The notes beneath the pieces are model-generated. The model had not been told where the DNA came from, searched no databases, and saw only the letters and a list, made by a program, of their open reading frames with translations. From Naegleria gruberi (Eukaryota), in assembly GCA_000004985.1 (NCBI GenBank), contig GG738881.1: 64,000 bases of DNA. The stretch is one strand, 5' to 3'. A program made the position numbers and the translations under genes. Below are positions 45,002 through 56,908 of this stretch, piece after piece; position 1 is the first letter of the stretch, and every line of letters starts with the position of its first letter.

Positions 45002-46545
45002 TTATTGTTGATTTTGTACTAATTGAGGTTGTTGAAAGTGTTGTTCATTTAATTGACCACTTTGTTTATAAATTTCAAATTGTAAAAGTGCGCCTTCTAA
45101 ATTTCTTCCTTCATTAAAAATTTGTTGAGCAACTTGAGGTTTTAATTTAGTTTTTGAAATGAATTGAGTAATTTCTAAAAAGAATTCCAAATCAAAATTA
45201 GAATATGGTCTAATATGATAAATAAAATTAGAAATTAATAGAGAATTTTCATGTTTTTTTAAAATGAAAGAAGTATCAAATGATTTTGTATGCTTATCAC
45301 CATTATTATCTAGGAAAATAACATGACCATGAACAGAGACACATAAACGTCCAATTAGAGCATTTGTTTCAACTTGTCTTGTACTAAATGATAATGCATC
45401 TGATGTTATTCTTTCAATATTATGTTTAGTATTTGGTAGTGCATTAAAGAATTTTAAAATATTACTTGATGAAATGATACTTGATTTTAACTGTTCATTA
45501 CATTCTGTTTTCCTAGATTTTGTATCTTTTTGATCAGGTATATTGAGAATATCACGTGAAAATTGTTGTAATTTTTGAAATGCTTCAATTTCAACTGAAT
45601 CTTCAACATAATCAACATATTCATTTGTAGAATTTGAATAGGTAATAAATGCATCTTTTGCAAATAATGTTTGTAATTCTGTTTTTCTACAATCAATATG
45701 ATCAAATAAATTAGTTAAATATTTTCTTAAATTATCCTCTGATAATCCTTCAACTAAATTATATGGATTAATTTGTGGAAGTGTACTACCACTCTTTCTT
45801 AATTGAGGAGGTATTGGTGCATCATCTAATACTTCTAATTGTGGAAATATTTTACATAATGTAATTACATCTTCATCAGATGCAACTCTATAACATTGAT
45901 TTCCTCTCAGTAATAACATTTTTAAAGGTAGTCCTTTCAATAATTTTAAACTCCCAATGCTGTACATGAATCTTTACAATTTTCTACAACTGATGCACAA
46001 ACTTGTCTAATTAATCCATCATCATAACCATTATTACTCATTCCTTTAAGTGTATCATCAACACACATAAAATCTAATTTTACCAATTGACCTTCTTCAC
46101 TTGTACGTTCTAAAACCCATTCTTTCAACTTTTCACGGAATGGTGTTCTTTTTGGTCCTCCACCACTTTGAAATCCACCTCTTGTATTACCAGAATTACC
46201 TCCTTGATATCCTCCACGTGGTTGATAATTACCATCATTACCACCTTGATATCCTCCTCTTCTACCTCTAAATGAGCCTCCACCACGAGTATTATTACCT
46301 TGTTGATTATATCCACCACCACCACCACTACCACCATCACTATTATTATTGTATGAATTATTTCCTCCTTGATTAAATCCTCCTCTACCACCACCTCCTC
46401 CTTGATAGCCTCCACGTGTACTTCCACTATTTTGATAGCCTCCACGTGTACTTCCACGAGAGTTACCTCTAAACGATCCTCTAAATGATCCTCTGAATCC
46501 GCCTCTAGTATTACCTCCTCTAGTTGATGGATATGGTGTTGACAT
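45002..46545 (-). CDS. Nuclear mRNA export factor NXF1/Mex67-like (RGG-rich N-terminus, LRR, NTF2-like, TAP-C-like). The two ORFs (45002-45967 and 45946-46545) need a frameshift or intron to join.
   Basis: LKGLPLKMLLLRGNQCYRV...ITLCKIFPQLEVLDDAPIPP aligns with NXF1 KIKGLKLEELWLDGNSLC...[22 protein letters not shown]. An NTF2-like region follows. The upstream ORF has RGG/FRG repeats and an RBD-like end. Confidence 0.5.
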
Positions 46546-46910
46546 TTTTTTTTAAATTATAAAAATGTATTTTGAATTATTTTTATATCAACTCTACAAG
46601 TAAATTTACTTCATCATCAATGAATCTTGAAGAGATGAAGAAAATAGATACCATTGATGAATGATCAAACTGTCCACTCACTGTATTCATTTTGAGGTTA
46701 TTGTAAAGTTACTTGTCAACCAAATTCAAATCTAAAAAAAGATTTTGAAAATGAACTTCAAATTGGATCTTCAACCTCTTGAAAAAAGCCTTCACATCTA
46801 TTTATTGAAGAACTCTACCCTCAAAAAAAAAGCCTTCAAATCAATACAACTATAACACATCACTATACCTATTATTAATTCTACTAAGATAGTCTACTAC
46901 TAACTATATA

Positions 46911-47729
46911 ATGAAAAAATCCAATAACAATAATAAGAAAGCATCATCTTCATCTTCATCATCTTCGGAACAAGCAGATAGTATTGATATTATAAAATTT
47001 CCACGTACTCATCACTTATTTTCAACCAATAAAGAAGTAACTCGTGATGATTTAGTAATGGATGAAAAGGATGCAGCTAGAGAATTCTATGCACCATCAC
47101 TTGGACCACAAGTAACATTGGAAGAAAAAGTTGATGGATCAAATTTGGGAATTACATTAGATATTGAAAGTTATAAATTAAGATGTCAAAATAGATCACA
47201 TTATGTTACTTGTCAATCACATGCACAATTTAAAACATTACAATTATGGTTAGATGAACATTCAAGTGAATTATTTTCATTATTAAGTGATAATAATAAT
47301 GGATATATTTTATATGGTGAATGGATGTATGCTAAACATTCAATTTATTATGATCAATTACCTGATACATTTATTGCATTTGATATTTATGATAAACATG
47401 CAGAGAAATTTGTATCAGTTCAATTAAGAAATCAATTACTTTTAAATCATGCACCAACTATTTCAATTGTTCAACCACTTCCAATTTTAAATTCACCACA
47501 TTTAACAAAACAAGTTTTATTGAATTTATTAGAAAATCAAAAATCAATTTATTGTTCACCCGAATTGAATCAACCAATTGAAGGTGTTTATGTTAGAGTT
47601 GATGAAGGAAATTATTTAAAAACAAGATCAAAGGTTGTTAGATCAGATTTTATTCAAGCAATTGATACTCATTGGTCTGGTCAAGAACTTGTTAAAAATA
47701 GAGTTGATTTTTCATTAAAATATAATTAA
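46911..47729 (+). CDS. ATP-dependent RNA-ligase-like nucleotidyltransferase (KxDG motif).
   Basis: FPRTHHL followed by EEKVDGSNLGI (motif I K-x-D-G-x-N), YGEWM (motif III-like) and EGVYVRVDEG (motif IV-like). Confidence 0.5.
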   Translation: MKKSNNNNKKASSSSSSSSEQADSIDIIKFPRTHHLFSTNKEVTRDDLVMDEKDAAREFYAPSLGPQVTLEEKVDGSNLGITLDIESYKLRCQNRSHYVTCQSHAQFKTLQLWLDEHSSELFSLLSDNNNGYILYGEWMYAKHSIYYDQLPDTFIAFDIYDKHAEKFVSVQLRNQLLLNHAPTISIVQPLPILNSPHLTKQVLLNLLENQKSIYCSPELNQPIEGVYVRVDEGNYLKTRSKVVRSDFIQAIDTHWSGQELVKNRVDFSLKYN

Positions 47730-47806
47730 ATTATTTAATTTTATAATTTAAATTTATTTAATTTATTATTTAATTTTTCAATATTTATTAATACATATAA
47801 TTTTAA

Positions 47807-48388
47807 CTAATTTTGATCATCATCTAAATGATTTATAAAAATATTATTTCTATTATTTTGATTTGAATTATTAACATTAAATTGTATAATTTCAACACAT
47901 TTTCTTAATTCTTTAATATTATGATATAAATTTCTCATTTGTTTTAATTCATTATTTAAATCATTTAAACGATTAATAAAAGATTCCAAACTATCAACAG
48001 ATTCATTTACATTATTACAAAAACTATCAACTGTATTTTTATATAATTCAATATGTTGTAATGTTATTGCACTTTTAGCATACATTGATGTTTGTAATGA
48101 TCCTAATAAATGATTAAATGATTCTGATAATTGAAAGGCTTTACTTTCTAATACTCGAATTGTTTTTGATGTTATTTGTTGTTTTTCATCTTCTACTACT
48201 AATACTGTACTATCTTGTTCATTTGTGTTATTATTATTATTAATATTATTATTAATATTGGATTGTAATTGTTGATTTTCATTCGATCCGATTATTTCTT
48301 CATGTTGTTGTTGTTGTTCCATATCGTGATGGTCATGATCATCATTTATTATTGTTGATGGATTAAAATCTTGTTGTTGTTCACTCAT
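47807..48388 (-). CDS. Coiled-coil protein, possibly a BLOC-1/BORC-family small subunit.
   Basis: ORF track. Heptad-rich C-terminal half. Pattern only. Confidence 0.25.
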   Translation of the reverse strand: MSEQQQDFNPSTIINDDHDHHDMEQQQQHEEIIGSNENQQLQSNINNNINNNNNTNEQDSTVLVVEDEKQQITSKTIRVLESKAFQLSESFNHLLGSLQTSMYAKSAITLQHIELYKNTVDSFCNNVNESVDSLESFINRLNDLNNELKQMRNLYHNIKELRKCVEIIQFNVNNSNQNNRNNIFINHLDDDQN

Positions 48389-48498
48389 TTTTATTATTTG
48401 TTATTATTTTGATGTTGAAAATATCTTTGACAATTTTGTAATTATTCAACCACCAAATAATATTCAAATACAAATACTTGGAGAATAAATAATTTATT

Positions 48499-49965
48499 TT
48501 AATTTTTATCAACAACATTCTTTAACATGTCTTTTAATTCGTCACTATAGTTTGCATTCAAACATTCTATATCATTGGTAACATATTTAGAAAGTGTGAC
48601 AAATGTTTTTGGAGCTGTTGAATTTGAAAGTGTTGATGATGAAATACCTTTCCATTTCAAATCATCATCATTTGATTGACTTGTATCATTTGTATTTGAA
48701 TTATCAATATTATTATCAATAGTATTATCAATAGTATTATTAGTATTATTATTAATATCTGATTGTTCTTTTTGTTGATTTAACATTAAATTTGAATGAA
48801 TTAATTTAGAATCAATTGATACATTTGGAATGAAAGATTGATTTGAATTCTTATCATAAAATTTAAATTTCTCAACTTCTCTAAAACGAATATCCAATAA
48901 TAAAATGTAACGATCTTGATCTGTGAAATTATATGCTTCATGTGTAATGTAATCATCAAATCCAAATACAACTCTCTCATTCCAACAATGTCTTATATTA
49001 CCAACTCTAATAGCACATGCATGATGATTGGATGAAGGAACAATTAAACCCATATGAACTCTTAAACAATGATTACTATATCCACAATATCCCTTATGTG
49101 CAGAAATATAACAATTTGAACTTAAACAACTAAAACCAGCAGTTGTAATATGAACATTATATTCCTTATTCAATCTTGAAAGTAATTGAACTGATTTTGG
49201 ACATTTTGTTGGTTCATTTGTTAAATCACGTCCAAATGCAAATCCCAATGGATAAACTTTCCATTTACCTTTAGTTTTACAAATTGTTTCAGGCCATGCT
49301 TGAAAATCATTTTCTTCTTGTTTTAATAATTCATCCAATTCACTCCTTATTAAATCATAATTTGATTCTAATTCTGAAAAGAATTTTGAAATATTTGAAT
49401 ATTCTTCTCTCAAACTACTGAATGGATCATTTTTATAATAGAAACATTTTTTACCAACATCATCCATTGATAACCAATCCCAATATAATCCTCTATCTGT
49501 ATTATATTCTTTTTTAACATTTTCACCTGATAAATGTACATTATCTGTTGTTATTATTATTTTATTATTAGAATTATTAGAATTATTATGAGAATTATTA
49601 TTATGAGAATTATTAGAATCTATGATAGAAGGATGATGGTGATGGTTGACTTGATCAGATGATGGTAATGTTACATTGTTATTATCAGTAGTATTATTAT
49701 CAGTATTATTAGTATTACTAGTATTGTTAATAGTGTTATTATTATTATTAATAGTATTGTTTAGAAATTCTTGTTTACAACAAGTACAATTATTATCAAC
49801 ATGCCAATCTTGATGAATTTCTTGTAGTTTTTTAATTTTCTTTTCAATTACTTGTTGATCTCTAATAGGATTATTATCGGGATTATTCTTTCTTTGATCT
49901 TCTGTTATATTAAATGTTGTCTCTTCATTATTTGATGATGATGATACAGGAAATTGATCACTCAT
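48499..49965 (-). CDS. Aspartyl/asparaginyl beta-hydroxylase-family 2-oxoglutarate/Fe(II) dioxygenase-like protein with an N-rich N-terminal half.
   Basis: C-terminal block SAHKGYCGYSNHCLRVHMGLIVP...CAIRVGNIRHCWNERVVFGFDDYITHEAYNFTDQDRYILLLDI matches the AspH signature (H.G...RLH.GL..P..C.IRVG...W.EG....FDDS.EHEV.N....R..L..D). Confidence 0.6.
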   Translation of the reverse strand: MSDQFPVSSSSNNEETTFNITEDQRKNNPDNNPIRDQQVIEKKIKKLQEIHQDWHVDNNCTCCKQEFLNNTINNNNNTINNTSNTNNTDNNTTDNNNVTLPSSDQVNHHHHPSIIDSNNSHNNNSHNNSNNSNNKIIITTDNVHLSGENVKKEYNTDRGLYWDWLSMDDVGKKCFYYKNDPFSSLREEYSNISKFFSELESNYDLIRSELDELLKQEENDFQAWPETICKTKGKWKVYPLGFAFGRDLTNEPTKCPKSVQLLSRLNKEYNVHITTAGFSCLSSNCYISAHKGYCGYSNHCLRVHMGLIVPSSNHHACAIRVGNIRHCWNERVVFGFDDYITHEAYNFTDQDRYILLLDIRFREVEKFKFYDKNSNQSFIPNVSIDSKLIHSNLMLNQQKEQSDINNNTNNTIDNTIDNNIDNSNTNDTSQSNDDDLKWKGISSSTLSNSTAPKTFVTLSKYVTNDIECLNANYSDELKDMLKNVVDKN

Positions 49966-50382
49966 GATTAAAATAATAATAATAATAATAAATAATATAG
50001 ATGATGATGATGGTGGTGATATTAGTGATGAATAATTTTGTTGTTATTAAATGGGTAGGAGTAATAAATTCCGTGCAACACAGGAAGACTCTGAAAATAC
50101 AATCAACTAGTGCAACACTTGAAAAGCACGTTTGAAGGCTTTTTTTTAAATAATATATTATGCGATAAAAATGATTGAGAGTTGCCTTGTTTATTCATAT
50201 GCAATGTTTTTAGCCTTTTTTGTCATCACTTTAAAAAATTCACCAATTTCCCTTTCTTTGTAAAATTGAATGATATGACATATTACAACCAATCAAATAA
50301 ATTGTAATATTATAATATATTATAATAATAATTGAATAATTAGAATAATTAGAATAATAATAATTAAAAAAAGAATGAATAT

Positions 50383-52198
50383 TCATCTATGTTCAATTTC
50401 ATAGAGTAATGAAAAATCTTTGGATTGAAATTTTTTAATAAATTCTTTTAATTTCATTGATTTAATAATATATCTAAAAGTAGAAAATTGAAAATTATGA
50501 TAAATAATTAAATCTTTTGTATTATTATTAAATTCATTCCAATCTAATAAAAATGGAATATTTACTTGATCATTACCATATTTATCAATTAATTGATTTA
50601 ATTCTTCATGAATTTGATTAATTTGTAATGTTTTTACCATGTAACATACAATTGGATGTATTTTAATAATTTTACAATTTTTAAGAAATTTAATTTTACA
50701 ATTTTTAAAATTTTCACTTGCCATTTCAAATTCAATTTTATAAGATTCATAATTAAAAAATAAAAAATCATCTTCATCATATGATTTATAACATTTAATA
50801 GGTGTAATATTATATTCATTTTCTAAATATAGTAATTTATCAAAATCAATATTTGATGAAAATCCAACAAATTCAAAATAGGATTTTCTAATAATATAAT
50901 TAAATTTATCTTTTTTTAAATTATTTAAATATAAATTATAAATATATTTAAATACTTCTTTATCATTTGATTTTAAAATTGTTCTAAATAAATTAATTTC
51001 CTTTTCCAATTCTTTTAACATTTTTGAAATTGATTTATTTTTTAATTTATAATTATTATAAATTAATTCAATCATTTCTTTAACTTGATTAACATTTTCA
51101 CAACTTGAAAAATAGTCTAATAAATATATATAAATAATATCTTGTTTACTATATTTGTAAATTATTAATAATAAATTAAATAAATTATTAGTTCTTGATA
51201 AAATATTTTTAATTAAATTTTCTGATAATATAAAATTACTAATTAAATATTTAAATAAATTTTCTGAATCACAAAGTTTTGAAGAAATATTTCTAATTAT
51301 AAACCTTTCTGGCATTAATCTAATTTCCTTATTTAGTTTTGGTTTAAAATATGATATTAATTTATCAACTATTAATATTATTGTACTTTCAGGAATATCA
51401 ATTCTTAATAATCGTATTAAAATCATATTTACATATTTGCCAATATTTAATTAAAAAACCAATATTTTTAATAAATTTCATCTTGTTATTGAAAAATTTA
51501 TTAAAAAATAAAATAATTAAATTAATATTTTTAATTTCATAACTATATTTAATTAAATATTCAAAATATGCTTCACAATTATTAGAAATGCATTTATCAC
51601 CATTATTTAGTATATTTAAATTATATTCATAAAAATCAATTTCAAAATAATTAAAATTTTGAAATTTTATCAATTTTTTATTTCCTAAAAATGTATTTTT
51701 TTTAAAAATAAAATTAATATACAAATTTAAATCATTTAAAACTTCAGATGAAATTAATTTTACAAAATTAATTTCTAAATTTTCATTTTCAATAATTTTA
51801 TGAAATTTCATTTTTGTTTTTAATATTTCTTTTAAAAATTTATTTTTTTTAACTAAATATTGAAAATTAGTTTTACTATTCAAGTATTTTGAATAAAATC
51901 CATCAAATGATAATTTATCTGTTAAATCTTTACTAACAATGATATAAAATATTCCATTTAAATATCGTTTCCAAAAATGTATATTTTCTAAAGTAGATTC
52001 ATTCCAATGTTTATTAATTAAAAATATAGATGGTAAATATTTAATTGGAATTGTCATAAATTCAATCATGTAAATAATAATATCACTTGGTAAATATTTA
52101 AAATAATTAATAGTATTATTATGAATATTATCAATATTTAATTGTATTGTTGATTCAACATCGGAGGATGAAAAGCCTTCCATTGATAATGATGACAT
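50383..52198 (-). CDS. Extremely AT-rich Ile/Asn/Lys-rich hypothetical protein (two ORFs, 50383-51426 and 51398-52198, probably one gene). Possible F-box-like N-terminus.
   Basis: ORF track. LPSDIIIYMIEFMTIPIKYL is F-box-like. The composition is low-complexity, so coding status is moderately supported only by ORF length. Confidence 0.35.
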
Positions 52199-52324
52199 TT
52201 TTTTTGAAAGTTTTGATCAAAGTTGTTTTTCAAATTTCAATATTGAAATTGATCAACAAAGAAATTATATTGGAAAGAGAATAGCTCCCGCCAATTTGTA
52301 ATTTAAAAAATTGCGCCAAAAAAA

Positions 52325-53333
52325 ATGAGTTCAGAAACCGTTGCATATTTTGAAGTGGATGGTCAAGCCTTTGTTATTTATAGTGAATTAATCACAACTT
52401 CCACAACAACAAACTCTTCTCTCACCTCCTCACTTACTCAATGTACTTCTACCACCACTAATAATAATAGTGAAACTTGTAAAAAGATTAAAATCACACT
52501 CCGATGGAGAGAACATGTACTATAATCATCATGATATTCAATTTAAGCCTAATACTCACCAACATAACTCTATTCATAATACATCATCATTATCATCATT
52601 CACTACTAATAATAATACTAATAATAATACTATTAATAATAATACTAATTCTACTAAATCATCTAATAATAATGAATATAATTTATTTCAAATAATTCAT
52701 TCATCACTTGTAAAACAAGATTCATCAAAATTTAAATATCGATTAAATTATTTAAATAATGGAAATATAAATTTTATAATTAGTATGATTGTAAATCCAT
52801 CAGGTGATTATATATTATCAAATATAGAATTAATAAAATCAACAAATACTAAAACAGGACATTTATCTTTATTTAGATATTTAATTATATGTAAAGAAAA
52901 TGATGAAAAAATAATTCAAAAATTAACAAAACAATCAAAACATTATAATGAATGTATAGAACAATCTAAAAAAGTAATTGAAGAAAAAGATAAAATGGAA
53001 AAGGAATTATATTCACAATTTATTATTTTATTAAATTCTAAAAAGGAAGCCATTAGAAAATATAATACAAATAAAAATCAAATTGAAGAATTATTTGAAA
53101 AGGAAAAAGATAAAAATAGAAAATTAAATGAAGAAAATAAGAAATTACAATTACAAATAGAAGAATTAAAAAAACAAATGAAAAGTAACAAATTTAATCA
53201 AATGGAATCTCCTAAAAATGGATATTCTAATAATAATAATAATAGTAATAATTATCAAACACCTAGAAAACAATCTAAAAATGTTACAAGTTTTGATGCA
53301 GAAGATTTATTAGAAGATTTATCATTTGAATAA
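52325..53333 (+). CDS. xrcc4: XRCC4-like NHEJ factor (head domain plus coiled coil). The 5' exon/frame junction near 52400-52480 is unresolved.
   Basis: EKELYSQFIILLNSKKEAIRKY aligns with human XRCC4 [32 protein letters not shown] resembles ITLTDGHSAW. A long K/E coiled coil follows. Confidence 0.55.
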
Positions 53334-53468
53334 AAAAAGATGATTTTAAATTTGCAACATGTTCAACTTGTTGGAGGCTTCTTTCCAGCCTTTTGGTTCT
53401 ATCTTTGGCACATCATTATGATCCAATCACAACCATCATCATCAAATAAAATATATTTTATAAAAAAA

Positions 53469-54255
53469 ATGTCTCTCTCATCAATAGTTTCCGTTCCATT
53501 ATCAACATCAACATTGTACAATGGTAATTCAGATAAAACATCTGATCCTATTGAATTTCCAATAATAAGAAAGGAATGTTTAGGAGATGGTAAATTTATT
53601 AAAATGAGAAGATATACACTTGGAGCAGAATGTAAATTATGTGGTAAAGTTTATACAAGTTTTTCATGGAAGAAACATCCTAAAGATACAACCTATCAAC
53701 GTACAATAATATGTCCTGTTTGTGCTATTACAAAGAATTTATGTCAAGTTACAGTAGTTGATTTAGATTATGATATTCCAGCCTATATTAGAGATTCAAC
53801 TAATTTATCTTCATCATCAGGTCATATTACTGAAGGAAATACAAATAGTGCTTTTAGTGGACAAAAATCAACTGTAACTTCTGCTTACTTTTCATCTCAA
53901 GCTGAAAAATTATTAAGTGAAGGTGGTACAAATAGACATTTATTAAGAAATGAATTAGCAAATAGAAATGTTTTAAATGAATTAAGATCAAATGAATATG
54001 ATGATAATTATAATTTAAATATTACTACTACTACTAGTAATATGAATAATAATAATATGAATGATATAAATACAAATACAAATGAAAATCTAGAAAATGA
54101 TGGAACAATAATTGAAGAATCGACTAAAATAATTGATTATAAAACATTACAAATTGGACCAATTAATAAGAATATTAATGAAACATCTGATGAATTTATA
54201 GAAGAAAAGACAATATTAGAATATTTAATAATGTATGCAACAGCAGCAGCAGGGG
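53469..54255 (+). CDS. Pre-mRNA splicing factor RBM22/Slt11-like (N-terminal zinc-finger region). The 3' part is lost in the 506-N gap.
   Basis: ECLGDGKFIKMRRYTLGAECKLCGKVYTSFSWKKHPKDTTYQRTIICPVCAITKNLCQVTVVDLDYDIPAYIRD parallels RBM22 [37 protein letters not shown]...[28 protein letters not shown]. Confidence 0.65.
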
Positions 54256-54761
54256 NNNNNNNNNNNNNNNNNNNNNNNNNNNNNNNNNNNNNNNNNNNNN
54301 NNNNNNNNNNNNNNNNNNNNNNNNNNNNNNNNNNNNNNNNNNNNNNNNNNNNNNNNNNNNNNNNNNNNNNNNNNNNNNNNNNNNNNNNNNNNNNNNNNNN
54401 NNNNNNNNNNNNNNNNNNNNNNNNNNNNNNNNNNNNNNNNNNNNNNNNNNNNNNNNNNNNNNNNNNNNNNNNNNNNNNNNNNNNNNNNNNNNNNNNNNNN
54501 NNNNNNNNNNNNNNNNNNNNNNNNNNNNNNNNNNNNNNNNNNNNNNNNNNNNNNNNNNNNNNNNNNNNNNNNNNNNNNNNNNNNNNNNNNNNNNNNNNNN
54601 NNNNNNNNNNNNNNNNNNNNNNNNNNNNNNNNNNNNNNNNNNNNNNNNNNNNNNNNNNNNNNNNNNNNNNNNNNNNNNNNNNNNNNNNNNNNNNNNNNNN
54701 NNNNNNNNNNNNNNNNNNNNNNNNNNNNNNNNNNNNNNNNNNNNNNNNNNNNNNNNNNNNN
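54256..54761. other. Assembly gap (506 N).
   Basis: N run. Confidence 1.
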
Positions 54762-54768
54762 ATTTCTT

Positions 54769-55521
54769 CTATTCAGATTCAGTTGGTTCACTAGTGGTAC
54801 CAGAAGTATTATTATTAGAATTGGTAGGAGGACTATTTGAATCATCAATATCATTATAAGATCTAGTATTACCTAATAAATCAGCAATGACACCTTTCAA
54901 TGGTTCCACTTCTTTTTTATCAATTAAATCAAATTCATTAACAAAACACATAAAATGTTTAAAAGCAGTATTTAAATGTCTATCTAAATTCAATTGTTGA
55001 GCATCTTTAAAATGATTGTAATACATGTGAGCATAAACTCTAAACATTCTTTTAAAAATAGTTTTAACAATAGTTAAGAATGATTTTGGAAATTTAGTTG
55101 GATCAGAAGGGAATGCATTTTCATCATTTACAATATGACAAATCCAATCCATTAATAAAGCAACATATTCAGGTGCAGATAATTTTGTTGCTTTTTTATA
55201 ATCTTTACCATCCATCCATAAATATTCATATTTATCACCTGCACACATTATTGGACAAGTATCACGTGTACAATTTTCACCTAAACTACCATATAATAAA
55301 TTTGTAGTATTATAAAAATCAACTGTATTAATAGCTAACCATTCATTCAAATTTTCATCTTGTGGTAATTTGACTGCTTCCGTTAAATCTCCACTTCCAA
55401 GTGTTTCTTTTTTATATTTATGTAATGTATGTTGATTACTACCTTTAATAAATTTATGTTTTGGACGAAATGTCTTGTTACGATCAAGTGCGTTTTTTAA
55501 ATTATTAACAATATTTGACAT
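54769..55521 (-). CDS. mob1: MOB kinase activator (Mob1). The C-terminal end abuts the gap.
   Basis: EAVKLPQDENLNEWLAINTVDFYNTTNLLYGSLGENCTRDTCPIMCAGDKYEYLWMDGKDYKKATKLSAPEYVALLMDWI is a near-canonical Mob1 core. Confidence 0.9.
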   Translation of the reverse strand: MSNIVNNLKNALDRNKTFRPKHKFIKGSNQHTLHKYKKETLGSGDLTEAVKLPQDENLNEWLAINTVDFYNTTNLLYGSLGENCTRDTCPIMCAGDKYEYLWMDGKDYKKATKLSAPEYVALLMDWICHIVNDENAFPSDPTKFPKSFLTIVKTIFKRMFRVYAHMYYNHFKDAQQLNLDRHLNTAFKHFMCFVNEFDLIDKKEVEPLKGVIADLLGNTRSYNDIDDSNSPPTNSNNNTSGTTSEPTESE

Positions 55522-55984
55522 TTTTTTATATTATTATTATTATGATGATGTGGATGTTATGAATGTTATGATGTGGATGTTTGTATGTTGTTGTAGTTTG
55601 TTGATAGAATATTATAATTATTAGTAAAATGTATTATTCAATATGATAATGATGATGACTTGGGGGAATGAAAATATTTTTCAATACAAAAAGAAGGAGT
55701 GGAGGAACTTGAGGTAGTGTATTGGTGAATTTTTTTCTAGAGATTTTGATGGCTTTTCATAAAAAGGCTTTTTTCATTTAACATCAATGCAAAACTCACT
55801 AGTTCGTACAATATGTGATTTTATTGTTCCGCCCCCATTCATCATAATTATGAATCTTCATTGAATCTTGGTGATTCCTATTTGTTTATCGTTTGAAAAT
55901 GACTGTTCGTTACTAAAAACCAATCAAAAGTTTATTATTACAATATTCAAATTCATATTATTACAATGAAAATATCTACTGAAA

Positions 55985-56824
55985 TTAAATATTAGTATGA
56001 TGATAATTCATTTGCCATGGAGCTAATGTATGATTATGATATGATATAATTGATTGTTGTTCATTTTGATTATTTTGTATATTAGCAGATAAATATGGAT
56101 TAATTTTAATTAATTGTAACATGAATTGTTTAAATATATTTGTATTATTAAATATTGAATATATTGTTTTAATTATATTATTAAATGTTATTGTATTATT
56201 TAATATTTTATTTATATTTTTATTATTATTAGAATTATTATTACTATTATTAATATTATTATTTATATTATTATTATTATTATTACTTGTATTGGGATAA
56301 TTATCAATATTATTATTATTAAATGAATCATTAAATAAATTATTATTATTAGATAATGTATTATCAATTTTACTTCTATTATTATTAGATAATTTATTAT
56401 CAATTTTATTAATTATTTTATTATTAATATTATCAATTGTATTATTTGTATTACTATTTATATTATTATTTATTTTAGTGATTGTTGTATTTGTTGTTGG
56501 ATTATTTTCCTTATTATTATTTACATATTTATTCTTATTAATATTATTAACTAAATTATTATAATTTCTAAAATTAATATCATTTTGTAATAATCTAATA
56601 TCAGTATTATTATTTACAATATTTAATATATCATTTAATATATCATTCTTTATTTTTAATCTATTAATTTTATTATCATCATGTATGTTATCATTGTCAT
56701 CAATAATTGTATTATCATTATTTAATTCATTTGAAAATATTCTCCTCCGATGTTGTTGTTTATTCATCATTTTCATGATGAAAGGTGTTGTGTTAAAAGA
56801 AACAATTTTTTTTAAAAATGTCAT
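55985..56824 (-). CDS. Asn-rich low-complexity hypothetical protein.
   Basis: ORF track. The sequence is mostly poly-N/I, so coding status is uncertain. Confidence 0.25.
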   Translation of the reverse strand: MTFLKKIVSFNTTPFIMKMMNKQQHRRRIFSNELNNDNTIIDDNDNIHDDNKINRLKIKNDILNDILNIVNNNTDIRLLQNDINFRNYNNLVNNINKNKYVNNNKENNPTTNTTITKINNNINSNTNNTIDNINNKIINKIDNKLSNNNRSKIDNTLSNNNNLFNDSFNNNNIDNYPNTSNNNNNNINNNINNSNNNSNNNKNINKILNNTITFNNIIKTIYSIFNNTNIFKQFMLQLIKINPYLSANIQNNQNEQQSIISYHNHTLAPWQMNYHHTNI

Positions 56825-56908
56825 TTAAAGATTGAAACTATTTAAAAGTTGAAGAAGGAATTTAATAATCCCTTAATATATTGCAAAAGAGGTAAATATA
56901 AAATTTAT

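Noticed and set aside
54225-54854. ORFs consisting mostly of X (54225-54854 minus, 54235-54840 plus). ORFs at 61118-61415 are similar.
   Set aside because: They are translations of assembly-gap N runs.
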